From assembly GCF_021028975.2 (NCBI RefSeq), contig NC_059434.1, forward strand, positions 23,188,001 through 23,252,000: DNA of 64,000 bases, given 5' to 3'. The notes under the pieces were generated by a model. The model was given only the letters and a program-made list of their open reading frames with translations, searched no databases and was not told the DNA's origin. This DNA is from Sphaerodactylus townsendi. Lineage: Eukaryota. Each line of letters begins with the position of its first letter. The stretch's first letter is position 1. Made by a program: the position numbers and the translations under genes. Shown one piece after another: positions 37,075-50,476 of the stretch.

Positions 37075-37680
37075 GTAAAAAAGAATGTCTTGATAAATGT
37101 TATGATCCAAATGAGACAGTGGTCTATTCCACACAGCAAATATACGTGTTGCAGTCATTATGAAGGAACCTGTTTTCCTTTTCCCCATTCACATGCGTGC
37201 AGTGCAAGCAGCGATTGGAACCCATGGAAGCAATCTGGGTTGCTTTCATGTCTTTGCATGAAGTTGTGTCTCTCTTTTTAAACATTTCCTGTTACACATG
37301 CATAGCTACGCAGACATGCAGAAATGAACCTTCCTACAGGGAGTATGGTAAGAAGCTGTGTGGGAGAAGTCTGTACTGTTACTCATGCTGTGTCGGTATC
37401 ACTCCTCCCAGAAAACAGAAGGAATGCTTCAGATGTGAAGGAGATGCAGCATGGGTTCTTTTCTGAATGCCCCTGCATAACTCTGGTGGTGTTAGAAGGA
37501 GCTATGCTGCAACGGCTTCCATATTAGCACCATAAGATAAGAAAGGGACTTTAGTATCCTTCCCTTGAGCTAGGGCAGCAATGTGTAGCATCCGTGTTTT
37601 TCAGCAAGATGTCTGGCTAGAACAAAGTAAGTCAAGCGAGACCAGAGTATTCACCTTGCCTTTTGTGATTTGTCTTTCAG

Positions 37681-37726
37681 CCATCTCGAAGCCGCAGCCC
37701 TTCCCCGCTAAGAAGTGGAAGCCCAA
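37681..37726 (+). CDS. SPATA18: SPATA18 exon 12 (PSRSRSPSPLRSGSP)
   Basis: Matches human MSRSRSPSPIRCGLP; CAG| acceptor, |GTAAGT donor. Confidence 0.92.
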
Positions 37727-37903
37727 GTAAGTGGGCATATTCAGAACTTAGACAATCATGGCTTTAACCTCCTGAATAATCAAGTAAAGAGAGAATATAA
37801 CAATGGGCAGGCTGGTTTTTGCCTCCTTTTAAAAAGCACATCTCACTACCATTATTCTCTTTTCGCATTAAGAGGTTTTCATTGCCGTCTGAGGGTGGAA
37901 CCT

Positions 37904-38542
37904 TCTCGTGGATCCTCTCCCAATAATCACACAACACCTTGGCTGGGATAAATCAATTGGCCATAGCCATTTATTATACAAAAGACAGAAGTGTGAGGCA
38001 AAGCATGGGTCTTGATCTGATCGTCATGGCGAAGCTCCCGCGGGCGGATGCCTCATACTGGAGCTCCACTCCGCTGAGGGGCTCTGCCGGGCAGACGCTC
38101 CTGGCAAGAGGTGTTCCCCATTGGCCCTGCCCGGCAGGGCGGTCACCTCTTGCCGCCGTTGGCCACTCGAAGTGGGGGAAGAGATACCTCCCTAGCTCCC
38201 TTTCCCTTGCTCTTTCGGATCAATACCCATGCGCCAACTGCCGAGGCTATGACAAAAAAACATGCATTAACAACTTGTAAAATTGGGGAGAGGTGGGCGG
38301 GCAAATCGTCGGCAAAATTGGGGAGAGGTGGGTGGGCAAATCGTCAGCTGGCCAAACCACATGGCCGGCACAAAGGAGGGCTTGGTCATTTAAAGACTCG
38401 GATCTGCCCTCCTCCAGGGACGTCTGCCCTGCCGATTATAGGCCAGGGCTCGGCCTCCGCCCTGGCCTGGCCTGGGCAATTGCAGCCAGTTCTGCTCCAC
38501 TAACCCACCCCGAGTGGCAATCGCAGCCCGTGGTGATTCACA
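37904..38542 (-). mobile_element. probable solo LTR, antisense, in SPATA18 intron 12
   Basis: ~640-bp CpG-rich block; minus strand starts TGTGAATC, has TTTAAA and an AATAAA near its 3' end; 35-bp internal tandem. No TSD seen. Confidence 0.55.
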
Positions 38543-39076
38543 GCTGTCTTTGTTTTAATATTGTAAAAAGACTTCTGACTCCAGCTTACAGGATTCCCCA
38601 TTTCTCATGTCTTCCGTGACAGAACATTTAATCATTATTGCTTTGATAAATTCACATGGCTTCTTTTAGAGCTGTTTTACTGTGGCTAAGAGCAAAGAAT
38701 GTATGAGGGCCACCAACCCACATAGAGCTTGCTTACATAATAAATTCAGTTGACAAGTGAACTTAATTCAGCATTGGATTGTAGATGTTTTGGCTCAATG
38801 CTGAAGAAAGCCAATCCCAAGGCCATTGCTTCCGATCCTGCTTGCCTCTTAGTTGACTAGGAAAACAATCTTAATCAGGTCTCCTTTGTCAGTCTCCAGT
38901 CCTATTTGGTTCAGTGGGGCTTACTTCTAGGAACGTGTTCTTAGGATCATGGTGTAATTGGACCACTTTACATGAGGAATATCTGGATTGTACATGCAGA
39001 CCCAATTTGAAGCCCTTCAAATGCAGATATTAAGCAAATCTAGTTATGTACTGAAATACGTATTTTTCTCCAATAG

Positions 39077-39084
39077 GACTTTAG
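39077..39084 (+). CDS. SPATA18: SPATA18 exon 13 coding part (R-L-stop)
   Basis: Pyrimidine tract + ATAG|GA CTT TAG completes ...SPRL*, equivalent to the human ...PRF* ending. Confidence 0.8.
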
Positions 39085-42000
39085 GTTTAACTGGATACGG
39101 TTATTTGATTCGGTACATCTGGATCAGTTCGCTTCTGTGGTGCCTTCTCCTGTTCCAAGAGTACCTCAAACCTCACTTAAAACAATGTGAACAACAGTTC
39201 TGAATCACTCCAAGTGGAGAGTGAAATGGGATTGATAGTGTGTTTTTATAACTGTTTTGGAATTATTGCAACAAATCTGATTTAAAAATTGCATAGCATT
39301 TAAGATCATATTAATTTCTTTTCTTTTTTTTAAGAAAAAGTGTTTACATAGCTCTTGGAGCCACCCTTTCGGGGGAGACGTATTACTGGTGTAATGAATA
39401 TATCTTAAGCGTCCAGTTTTGACATCCTACATTATAACGTTTTGCAATTTTTCATTTGAAATACAGTCGTCACACAATGGTGCTTCTTTAGGGCAAAGGA
39501 TAAACCCTTTTAAATTCCGTCTAACTATATGAGAGTTGCTGTGTCACCCTAAGCAGAGTTAGAAGGGTGGCACTGTTTAAAATGTTTTGCATTGGCAGGG
39601 TCATGACCAACAACGTTCTGGGCCTTGCATTCACATGAAATTATAAAATTGTGATCTCTAACTAATCCTATTTCAATCCCTGGTTGTGTTTGATATACTA
39701 ATCATTTTGATCTTGGAAGCACATGTTTCTACAGATCTGTTGTACGTTTTTTAACATTTGGTGCTGAATGCTGATGAAACATTTTAGCCATGCAAGAGAT
39801 CTTGTCCTCCCTTTTCCTATACTTCATCCTTGGGACCAGTCTTAAATACAAGCAACACCAGTGTCTTGTTTGGTGCCTTGCCTTCTTACATAGGATAATA
39901 GGATTTGTTCACATGGATCAGAGTACTAATCTAACCAACATTTTTACTTCTGATCCCGAACTTGGTGCTTCTGCCGATCATGTAATTATCAGTACAAAGC
40001 TGGATGAGTTTTGCATTTCTGTCCCTAAAATTTGTTCATAATATACTTCTGCCTTGCGGGTGTGTATGGGGGAAGGGGGCATTAAATCTCTAACTTCCTT
40101 TTTTTCTCTTTCTCAAAAAGGGCTTTGAAATTGGATTGAAGATGGCAAATTTTCTAACTAGGCCAGCTTTTATTTACAATATTGTTGTTACATTTGTTTG
40201 AAAATACAGTTCCTGATAAGAAAAGACTCGAGTTAGAGTCTTATGTGGATTGCCGTGGATACATAATATTTAGATTCTTTAAAACAGGGGCTGTATTCCT
40301 TAAATCATACTATCTACAAGCAGTGCCAGATTAATCTAGTAGAAAAAGTAGCCTATGCTATGGGCACTGCACTTTCAAGGACCCCGCACTAAATGCTTGC
40401 AAGCTGTCTGGTATAATCGGGATCTCACTGTATTCTCATGATCTAGCAACACTGTTGAAAAAGTAACTTTTAAATGGTAGTTTTCTTGCTTTAGTTCTCT
40501 GATGAGAGCATCACTATGGTGTACCTTCCAAACATGTGTTTCCTCATTTACATTATAGTTTTAGTTTTTTTAAAGATGCGTATGGATGCCAGTCTCCCAG
40601 TGGGATCTGGGGATTCACTGGAATTACACTCATCTCCAAACTACTCCTTGGAAAAAATGGATGCTTTGGAGGGTGGACTCAATGGCATTCTATCCCCTCT
40701 GAGGTCCCTGTTCTCGTCAGGCTTTGTCCTCAAACCTCTAGCACACAGTAATTCAGTTTGGATCATGTTCCATCATCCCCTGCCAGCATGCTGCTGGCAG
40801 GGGGTGATGGGAACTGTAGTCCATAACATCTGGAGGGCCACGAGTTTGACACCTATGCTCTAGCAGTTTCCAACTTGGATCTGGCAACACTACTCCCCCC
40901 CCCCCCTTTACCCTTTGCTGGTGGCCAAGGGGGACTTGGCAAATCTAACCTGAAGAGCAATAATATATGCCTACCCTTGAATATTATAAACAAGTCCAGC
41001 GTGTAGCAGGATGAATGTCAAGAGTGTGTGTGTATTTCTACACATGCACTAAGATACAACAGTGGAAAGACAATATTCCTAGCAGGTTGCAGCCCTGTCT
41101 AAACTTTCTGCCCATGCAAAGTCAGGGAGTGATTTTGCCAATTTACTCCTTCCATGGAAGACTTCCAATTACTCCCCTTGTGACTCCTGGGGCGGGGGCA
41201 GGATCCATCACCCCCCAGGAAAAATGCTTTAAACAACGTTTCAGGCTGCAGAGGGAAAGAGAAGACGGGAAAGGGCAAATTGCACCTCCGTGAATAGAGA
41301 TTCTTCCACCCACATAAATTCCATTCTGGCAGATAAGAAGGCAACGCACTTAATTTAAGTGCAGTGTTTACTGAAATGATCTTATGAGCTTCAAATTAAT
41401 ATAATCAGAAGAGCTTCTGCTAAGTGATTTCCCAGTACAGTGTTACTTGTGATTAGAGTGATATAGCTGATACACTGGACCACATTCAGACCTGATTTAT
41501 GGTCTGCACAATCCCATTAAGACTGCAAATAATGTAAATCGGCTCCCCATTTATATAAACTGTGCATAGGTGTAAGAGAGATACCATGTGAAGAAGCATG
41601 TGTGTAGGTGTAAGAGAGACACCATGTGAAGAAAAGAGGAAATAGATCGTGTATGGCAGCACTTTCAAACAGGATGTTGTTAAAGAATTTAAAGGAAATT
41701 CTCACTTCCTTTGGACTAAATGAGAGCCCAGGCAAACATTACACACCCAGGTGAACATAAAACCCCTGCCATGTAATGGTGTGTTTACAGGTAGCATAGC
41801 ATTTGGAATCTGCCAACAGGATGGATGGCTTCAACAGGTCTCCCTGCCAGAGGACTCCAAGTGCTGGTGTGCAGATACTACTTTCCATATGACTGGCTCT
41901 ATTTAGATAACAATCAGACTTCAATACTAACACATTCCTCATACGTTCTGGGGCTCTCTAGCTTGCTGTGTAGCTAAATAATGTTTTAATGAACCCAGAA

Positions 42001-42224
42001 TCTTTTTTATTAGCTATATACGTTTCCTCCCTTTGGAAATGTATACCATTAAAACACGGATAGTTTTTCACTCTTTTCTGAATACAGCTTGAAAGTGTCT
42101 CCAAACATCCCTAGATAGAGCAGAGATAAAGCTAATGCATATATTAGTAATGGGAGCTGGAGGGCAACTCTGTTGTACTATAGACAGTGATTCAATGTGT
42201 ATTTTGCCTCACAAATGAATCCTG

Positions 42225-43330
42225 GGGAGTGCCATCATCTCCAGATGATACCCTGAAATTTTGGTGCCGATACATCCAAAAATGCACCCCCTGCAGGAAC
42301 ATCCTAGAAATTTGCCCAAGAATCTTTGTTCTGCATTGAGTTTTCTGCATTGCTGTCCATGGGGGTTGCAGGCTGTGGGGGGCACATTTCTGAAGGCACA
42401 GTCTCAAACCTTTCAGGGTCTCATCAGGAGACTGCCCTAATGATACCCCCCAAGTTTGGTGCAGTTTGGTTCAGGGGGGCCAAAGTTATGGACCCTCAAA
42501 ACTGTAGCCCCCATCTCCTATTAGCTCCCATTGGAAACAATGGGGGATAGGGGCACCCCCTTTGGGAGTCCATAACTTTGGACTCCCTGAACCAAACCTC
42601 ACCAAACTTGGGGGGTAGCATAGGGACAGTCTTCTGATGATACGCTGAAATTTTGGTGCCGCTAGCATAAAAACCGCGCCCCCTGCAGGCCAAAAATGGA
42701 AAACCACTAAAATACCCAAAAACGAACCCAGCATTTTGATGCCCCCCACAAGGTGATGCCCTGGGCAGCTGCCCACCTTGCCCAATGGGCATTACGCCAG
42801 TGATCCTGGGCCAGTCACCTGAAATATCCAGGTACCCTTGAGATCTCCTCACAGCCAAACCATGGAACACAGATCAGTCCCGTTTCTGGCGCTCCCCCCC
42901 TCCCTTATCACGGGATTTCCCTGGACCTGCTTGTATATGCACCTTTTTGAAAAAACACTCCAATGGAAACTAATAGGAGATCAGGGCTACACATTTGAGG
43001 CTCCATAACTTTGGCCCCCATGAACCAAACTTCACTAAACCTGGGTGGTATCATCAGAAGAGTCTCCTACTAATACCACCCGGGTTTTGTGAAGCTTGGT
43101 CCAGGGAGTCCAAAGCTATGGACTCTCAAAGGGGGTGCCCCATCCCCCATTGTTTCCAAAGGGAGCTAATCGGTGATGGGGGCTACACAATTGAGGGTCC
43201 ATAACTTTGGCCCCCATGAACAAAACTTCACCAAGCTTGGGTGGTATCATCAGGAGGGTCTCCTAAAAATACTCTGAAATTTTGATGCTGCTAGCTTAAG
43301 AATCGCACCCCTGACATCAGGCACCTCCCC
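42225..43330. repeat. array of direct and inverted subrepeats, probably internal repeats of non-autonomous DNA transposon(s)
   Basis: CATAACTTTGG...GAACCAAAC...CCAAACTTGG unit and its reverse complement recur about five times. Confidence 0.65.
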
Positions 43331-45924
43331 AAGGGGCAGGCCTAGATGTCTTCACTAGAAACATGCTGCAGTGAGGATGTTGGAACCTGGATGAAAAGGT
43401 GCCGATTCTTTTGAAACTTGGCTGTATCTAGATTACATTTTTCACTGGGAATTCGGCCTATATGTACTGAGACACAGCTGGGATACTCAAAACAAAATTA
43501 AATGAGATATAACATTAAATTGTGGGTTTTCTCAGCTTCTTACAGCTGCAAGACATTTTCCCCTCCTCTTTATAGGTAAAACTGTGGGCAAACTATTTTA
43601 TTATTTTTGATCCCATCTTTTCTCTTGGCTCCAGGCGGCTTACTAACCTGCATGTGGAGGAGCCTTTCAGCTGTCAAATACATAGCATTGGTGTGTGTGT
43701 ATGAAATATTTGGCCTATAGGTCAGCAGCTAACATCTGTGTTCTAGATAAGTGGGATAAATGGTTGGTTCTGGCTCTGATGAATTTCACTCTGCTTTGGA
43801 ATTGGGTAATATTAGCATGGGATGGAACCATGTCATTCTCTTCACCCAAAATCTCCTCCCAAAGACCTCTTTACAATGGATAACGGCATGGAAGAAGTCA
43901 CTGGATGTTATTTCTATTTTACTGAGGTAAAGTATGTATTGGTCCTGTCACAGAACTGTCTTTGGAAATGATACCCATGTGGATGAACAACAGATATGGC
44001 TAATGTGATATAGTGTACGGAGAGCTCATTATAAATGAAAGAGACTTAGGTTCAAATTCTTGCCCAGATTTGAAGGCCATTGAGTGACCTGGGTCCCATT
44101 TTCAATTCTTAGCTTGGCTTACCTCACAGTTGTGTTCACACTCTGTCAGGAAACAAAAGTACTAGAAACTTAACTGAGAGAGTCTGTTGTTGCAGAAAGA
44201 TAGGAGCAGGATTTGCAGAACCACCCAGAGCCATAATAATGTACATTTATTTTGGTCGCTGGCATAATTTCAACATTCCACCACGTTGATTGTTTTTGGG
44301 CAGCATTTTTCACGATCTGTCTGACCTTCACTGTTACAAAGGCATAGCCAGATATTTGTATTGATTAGTTTTGTTTTCTCTTTTCAAATATGACATATTT
44401 TGCTTGCTGTTTTGGTGACTGTTCTCTTTAAGTTGTTTTTAGTAGTTTAGACTCTAGCGTTTTTTTAAATTAAAGAACTTGTTTGGTTGCAGATATTTTA
44501 CCATATACCATTTCAACAGAGTGCTCATATTGTATGTTTACATTGAACTGTATTTCTTTCACAACTGCTCACAAACCATAAGCCCGTACATTGCTTCATA
44601 ACTAAATTAAACAAGTATTGATTGGATCCTATCCATGTTTGCAGGCATAGAAGGAGGAGGAGTGGTCTTGTCTAATCCACCCCCCCCCCCCCAACTGTAG
44701 CTCCTGTCCTGGGTAGCATTTTGGCCAGGCAAGTCCCACCACCCTCAGCATTGTTCTGGGGGAGGGGATGGGGGGTGGTGTCAAAATAAGGCTATCTTCC
44801 ATGCTGTTCTAGAAGGATTCAATCAAATGACCTTGCTCCAGCTAACGAATGAGGCAATATTGAAATGAAATATGAATAGTTACGGATGTGCAGGCAATGT
44901 ATTTTTGGGAATCGTTTTGTTTTGTGGCGTCATGAAAGAATACCGAGATTTTGGCAGTTGTGACACGCAAAATGTGTTTTGATGCCTTTTGTAATTGCTG
45001 CAAATGAGAAATAAAAGAATAGATTCTTTTCCCAATCAAAGATGGCTTGGAGTATTCATGGTGGGTTTATTGCCAGGGTATTAAATGTTCAATGCAGGGA
45101 GATAGAGAAAGGACTAGCTAATGTTCACACGGGAGGTAGGCACAGACCTCATTTGAAAGCAGTGACTGGTGCGTGGCCTTGTGTAAGCACATCTGTGCAT
45201 GAGGCTGAGGGTATCAGCGATTGGCCGGGGGGGGGGGAGGAGGAAAAAAGGCTCCATTGAGCCTTCCCAAATTCACAACTTTACACTCAAGGTGGATAGA
45301 TCATGATCTGCGATGCACCTTTAAAAATATAAGAGGCAAAACAGCCCGGAGTGTGAGATGCAAGGGGAAGTATGCAGTAGGTTCATAATCTCCTTTCAAC
45401 TAGTGTAAAAATTGCCTCCCCCCTCCATTTATTATGCATGATTAGGTCAGATCCAGATTTCTACTGCTATAGTTTGAGCTTCAATAAGTTATGATGGGAT
45501 GTTTGTGTGTGTAGAATAGTATTTTCCACAAGATGGCAATCTTGTTCAAGGCATCCGTACATATTGTTAAAGATCTCCCCATTGTTTTTAAATCACAGGC
45601 TAACAGAAGTTTGCAAATAAAGTAATCCACACAATACATTTTAATATCTAAAGTCTCTCACATGGTTAAATTTTTTTAATTGTGTTGAAATCATGTAGTA
45701 TACTGTAGGACACAACTCAGTCTGAAACCAGGGGACTTTCACATCTACTTTGGGTTGCATCTGTATAGAGGGTTTTTTTTTAGTATGTCATAATGGTCAA
45801 GCTGCCACATTCAGCAGTGACAGGCTTCTCATCCACCACTTCCATCACCTGTTCTACTCTCCTGGTTTCAGTCAATTGAGGGAGATTGAGAAGCAGACAT
45901 AAAATCTGATATGATTGGCTAGAG

Positions 45925-46061
45925 CAGGGGTCTGCAACCTGCGGCTCTCCAGATGTTCATGGACTACAATTCCCATCAGCCCCTGCCACTATGGCCAGTT
46001 CCATGATGTTCCATGAACATCTTCCATGAACATCTGGAGAGCTGCAGGTTGGAGAGCCCTG
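45925..46061. mobile_element. hAT-type MITE
   Basis: TIR CAGGG; TSD GGCTAGAG/GACTAGAG. Confidence 0.8.
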
Positions 46062-46356
46062 GACTAGAGCAAGGGTCCCAACATTTCAAGCCTGTAGGCC
46101 CCTTTATGTGATGGGCACCTTTGTGTCGTAGGCAAAAACACAAAAATGGCTTCCTCAGATGGCGAAGCCCACCTCATAATGGCTGCCACAGCTTACCTTC
46201 AGTCTCATGGTGAAGATCCTTATACTGCTGTGGCAGCTGCTGACAAAACAACATTTGTTTAAAAAAAATCTGAACAGCCAATCAAATCTCCAGGGGCCAA
46301 TGAGAAGCCTTGATGTGCAGAAGTCCCACCTGACCTCACCCAGTTTCTAAAAACAC

Positions 46357-46848
46357 TTGAAGAAGATGATTTAGGAGTAATACCCCCCCTTTCTCTCCTG
46401 TAAGGAGACTCAAAAAGGCTTACAAACTCCTTTTCCTTCATCTTCGTACAAGCAACACCTTGTTAGGTAGGTGGGACTGAGAGAGTTTTGAAAGAACTGG
46501 GACTATCCCAGTTGTCTTCGTGTGTACTAATGGGGAAACAAATTCAGTTCACCAGATAAGAATCTGCCGCTCAGTTGGAGTAGTGGGGAATCAAACCAGG
46601 GGCAGAGCAAGGGGAAACTGCGCCCGGGGCATGTGAGCGACCTGCGCCCCTGCAGCAGCACTACCAATCCCTGCCCTGCCCCGCCCCATCCCAGAATGCC
46701 CCCGGAATGCCTGCGCCATGGCAAAGCCACGCCTCCTCTGCTGCTCCACCCGGGGTGTTGCGCCCCTCCTGCCAACAGGTGCTATGTCACTGAATCAAAC
46801 CCAGTTCTCCAGATTAGAGTCCACCTGCTCTTAACCACTGCATCACAC
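46357..46848 (-). mobile_element. tRNA-derived SINE, interrupted by a hAT MITE
   Basis: Reverse-complement similarity to 36344. Confidence 0.75.
46597..46792. mobile_element. hAT-type MITE inserted in a SINE
   Basis: CAG...CTG ends; perfect TSD AATCAAAC; related to 62569. Confidence 0.85.
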
Positions 46849-47933
46849 TGACATTCATGGGTACCTTGTTGGGGTTTTCAGTGGACCATGAGTTTCACAG
46901 TCATCATTATTAGCAGAAGTAGAAGCAATAGAAAAAAGAAGACACATGAAAGCCAACACCTCAATTTATAACATACCGATTGGGAGAGAGACAAGATACA
47001 TTATTCAAATAATTACTCTCCCTCCAAATATTCTTGATGTATCCAACACTGGTCCCTTAGCAGTTAATCAAGCACTTGTACATCAGCCTATATCCTCAAC
47101 CAGTTTCTGAAGGCTGCCCCATGAACATAATTGAAACACACAGCGCATTGAACCTCCAAACCCACGTGGGAAATGTGAATGAACCAAGAACAAGACATTT
47201 TCACAGGCCAGCTTCCTCCCCCAGCTGCAGCCAAATCGACTTTTCAGAACTAGAATAAATAAGGTTATTCTCATCCTTTAAAAAATGGCAACAGCAATCT
47301 TAACCCTCAAATAAATGAGGAATTTAATGAATGGTAAAAGTTGCCGATGAGAAACAGCTGCCAGCAACTGGCCCTTCTAATTAAAATGCATGTTGGAAAC
47401 ACTTCAGTCTGTGAATAATCAATAAAATGCCAGCAGTAGACAAGGGACAGATAATTCTTTGTGCTTGTTGATTTTGCCCTGTAGTTAAGGAATGTGAGTC
47501 CAGCCAAGGTAATTCTGATTATTTCATGTCATGAAAAGGTGCTTTTTAAAAATCACAATAATTTAGAACCTGTCACTTGCGCCATTAAGCAGAAAGACAA
47601 ATCTTGGACCCATGAAAATAACCACTAATATCAAAAATTTAATTTAAAAAGAAAATATTTCATGAATGATAAAAATGAAAAGGAGTCCATGTAGGAGAAG
47701 GTCTTGATTCTGTAAATAGCCCAGATTTGAGGTTTGAGTATGTTTGAGTACTGTGCTGTGACCTTGAAAATCAGTTCACAAGGAGCATACTGGTTTGCAG
47801 AAGTCAACCACCCTGCTTTAAGGAGAGTTGCCACTTGGAGTCTTGGTGGATGGAGGGAAAAGCAGGATAAAAATGTTTTATAAGATAAAGCTGGCCTCTC
47901 TGCACACAGGTGCCTTTTCTTGACTGGAAGTTG

Positions 47934-48292
47934 GAAGAAGAAGAAGAAGAAGAAGAAGAAGAAGAAGAAGAAGAAGAAGAAGAAGAAGAAGAAGAAGAAG
48001 AAGAGTTTGGATTTATATCCCCTCTTTCTCTCCTGCAGGAGACTCAAAGGGGCTTACAATCTCCTTGCCCTTCCCCCCTCACAACAAACACCCTGTGAGG
48101 TAGGTGGGGCTGAGAGAGCTCTGAGAAGCTGTGACTAGCCCAAGGTCACCCAGCTGGCGTGTGTGGGAGTGTACAGGCCAATCTGAATTCCCCAGATAAG
48201 CCTCCACAGCTCAGGCGGCAGAGCTGGGAATCAAACCCGGTTCCTCCAGATTAGATACACGAGCTCTTAACCTCCTACACCACTGCTGCTCC
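47934..48292 (-). mobile_element. tRNA-derived SINE with a long (GAA)n tail
   Basis: Near-identical to 31771 and 57442. Confidence 0.9.
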
Positions 48293-49686
48293 AATAGACA
48301 TGAATACATGTTTGGACGCATGTCCATGTTGTGAGATCCGTGATGATGTAGAACATCTGGAATAATCCCCACCTGCCCACCCAATGTGTTGTGCTGCTGG
48401 GATAATAGAGGTTTCCTGTAGAACATTCACGTAGAATATACTGCAAGCCTCTTTAGAATCACTGTGCACTTCACAGGACCTTTACCTTGCTCTTCTAGGG
48501 AAAAAAAGTTTACTTCTAGCCCAGGAACCAGACCCAAACAGTCATCTAAGCAAGCATATGAACCGTTGGAGAAGCAACAGCCTGCTAAAAAGCTTAGTCA
48601 ATGTAAATACAGCTGAAATAGTTGTTTAGTCCATTTGTGCCCTAGGAGGCACTGTGGTTCATTTTTGATTAATTGGGGCTTATTGAATTTTTTCTTTTGC
48701 AGTTCAGTCTCTGTGTTGTTTTTCTTTCTCTATGTATCTTAGTTCTTGTAGCCTGAAGGGGTCTCTGTTGTCTTTTGCAAATCCTGTTGCAATAAAAGTC
48801 ATTGAAAGCAAGCTCCTAAGGTGGAGCACATGAAAAGCCCATCATTTTCGCTGTCCGTATTCTTAACCAAATGCTGCTTGGCTATTTCATTAAAGCTGAA
48901 TCAGTCAATGCTCTGATGATCTAGCACTGAGCAACAGCCCCTCTCTATGGAACAGTCTGCTTTATTCTCTTTTGAAATTCATGGCTTTCCTACTTACATG
49001 GTCTGCAGGTCACTGACACCAATGCAAATGATATAAATATTTCTGTGAATGAAATGAGACATAACTATTCCCAAACATAGCTCAGCCTAAAATAAGCACT
49101 TTCTTCAACCAGCTCGCTCTAAAACTGGCAGTATGAGCTTACCTATAGGCTGTTCTGAACGATCCACCTCACTCGCTTGGATTCTGAGTACATCCTCTAT
49201 TCATGTTTGCTTTGAACACAACAATGTTCATCATTTCCTACAGGATCACAGGATCACCTACAGGAAAAGCCCTTCTGGACAAGAGCCAAATGGATCCATC
49301 TGGTCCAGTCTCCTATCTGTCACAACAGCTGAACAGATGTCACCAGCAAACATGAGATTAAATTTAATACATACCAGTTCTAAGGACGAACAGGGATGCA
49401 TCCAGGAGGTGACATGAAAAACTATACTTTAAAGATCACCCCCCCCCTTTGAAAACAAATAAATGCTTGCTGCTGACGCACAAATTTGTGTTCTGGCAGA
49501 TTTGAAATATTAAATTTGCAAAGACAGTTTCTTGTTATCTTTTGTCCTTGCCTGGCATTTTCACACCACCCACTCCTGGTTTTCTCTTTTCTTCCAGTTT
49601 CTTTTGTGTTTGGTTTGCCCAAATCACTTTATGTGATCTCATTTTAAATGATTGTGAGGTCTTAATTAACCAGGAGTATTTAAAAT

Positions 49687-50245
49687 AAGAAGAAGAGGAG
49701 GAGGAGGATTTCTCTCCTGTAAGGAGACTCAAGGTAGCTCACAAACTCCTTTCCCTTCCTCTCCCTACAACAGACATCTTGTGAGGTAGGTGGGGCTGAG
49801 AGAGCTCAGAAGAACTGTGACTAGCCCAATGTAGGAGGAATGTAGGGCCCTTTCCCCACTTACCCTTGTCAGAGGGTTGCTGCGCGTAATTCACAGCGCG
49901 CGCAATTCCTGGCGCGCCCCCCGGCTTCCCCACGACCCCGCGCGGAGTCATCAAAAAGGCACCATTTGAAAAGGCGCCAGGAATTACGCACGCTGAGGGG
50001 GCATGAGAGAGGCAGCATCGGGGCGGCTGCATTCTCGCCGGCCCTGAAGTGGGGAGTGCAGCTGGACCCCGTGCTACTTTAGGAGAGTAGCGCGGGGCTT
50101 AAGGTAAGTGGGGAAAGGGCCTAGGAGTGCGGAAACACATCTGGTGAACCAGATAAGCCTCTGCCACTCAGGTGGAGGAGCGGGGAATCAAACCCAGTTC
50201 TCTAGATTAGAATCCACTTGCTCTTAACCACTGCACCATGCTGGA
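49687..50245 (-). mobile_element. tRNA-derived SINE, interrupted by a Harbinger MITE
   Basis: SINE body resumes after 50121. Confidence 0.8.
49846..50121. mobile_element. GC-rich Harbinger-type MITE inserted in a SINE
   Basis: Perfect 21-bp TIR GGCCCTTTCCCCACTTACCTT; TSD TAG. Confidence 0.9.
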
Positions 50246-50476
50246 TTCTGAGAATTCTGTCTCATTGACTTCACATGTTAAAATAAACATAGAAAAGAGA
50301 CCAGTGCTTTCAACTTTCTGCTTCTGAGTGACAAGCAAATGCAGAACTACAGTATCTCCTGCGCCGGAAGAAATGTAGGTTGGAGTTGTACACAAATTCC
50401 CTGTTTGTATGTTATTCATGAATATGAACCAAGGGAGGACTGCACTAAATAACCACCTAGAGTCTCCTACCTTCAT

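Larger units (their letters stand above)
18335..39084 (+). other. SPATA18: SPATA18 / MIEAP (mitochondria-eating protein) gene span, start to stop (13 coding exons, 1503 nt, 500 aa)
   Basis: Exons of 87,106,110,119,96,135,238,159,176,124,99,46,8 nt join in frame. The translation matches MIEAP. Head-to-head synteny with SGCB as in mammals. Confidence 0.97.
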
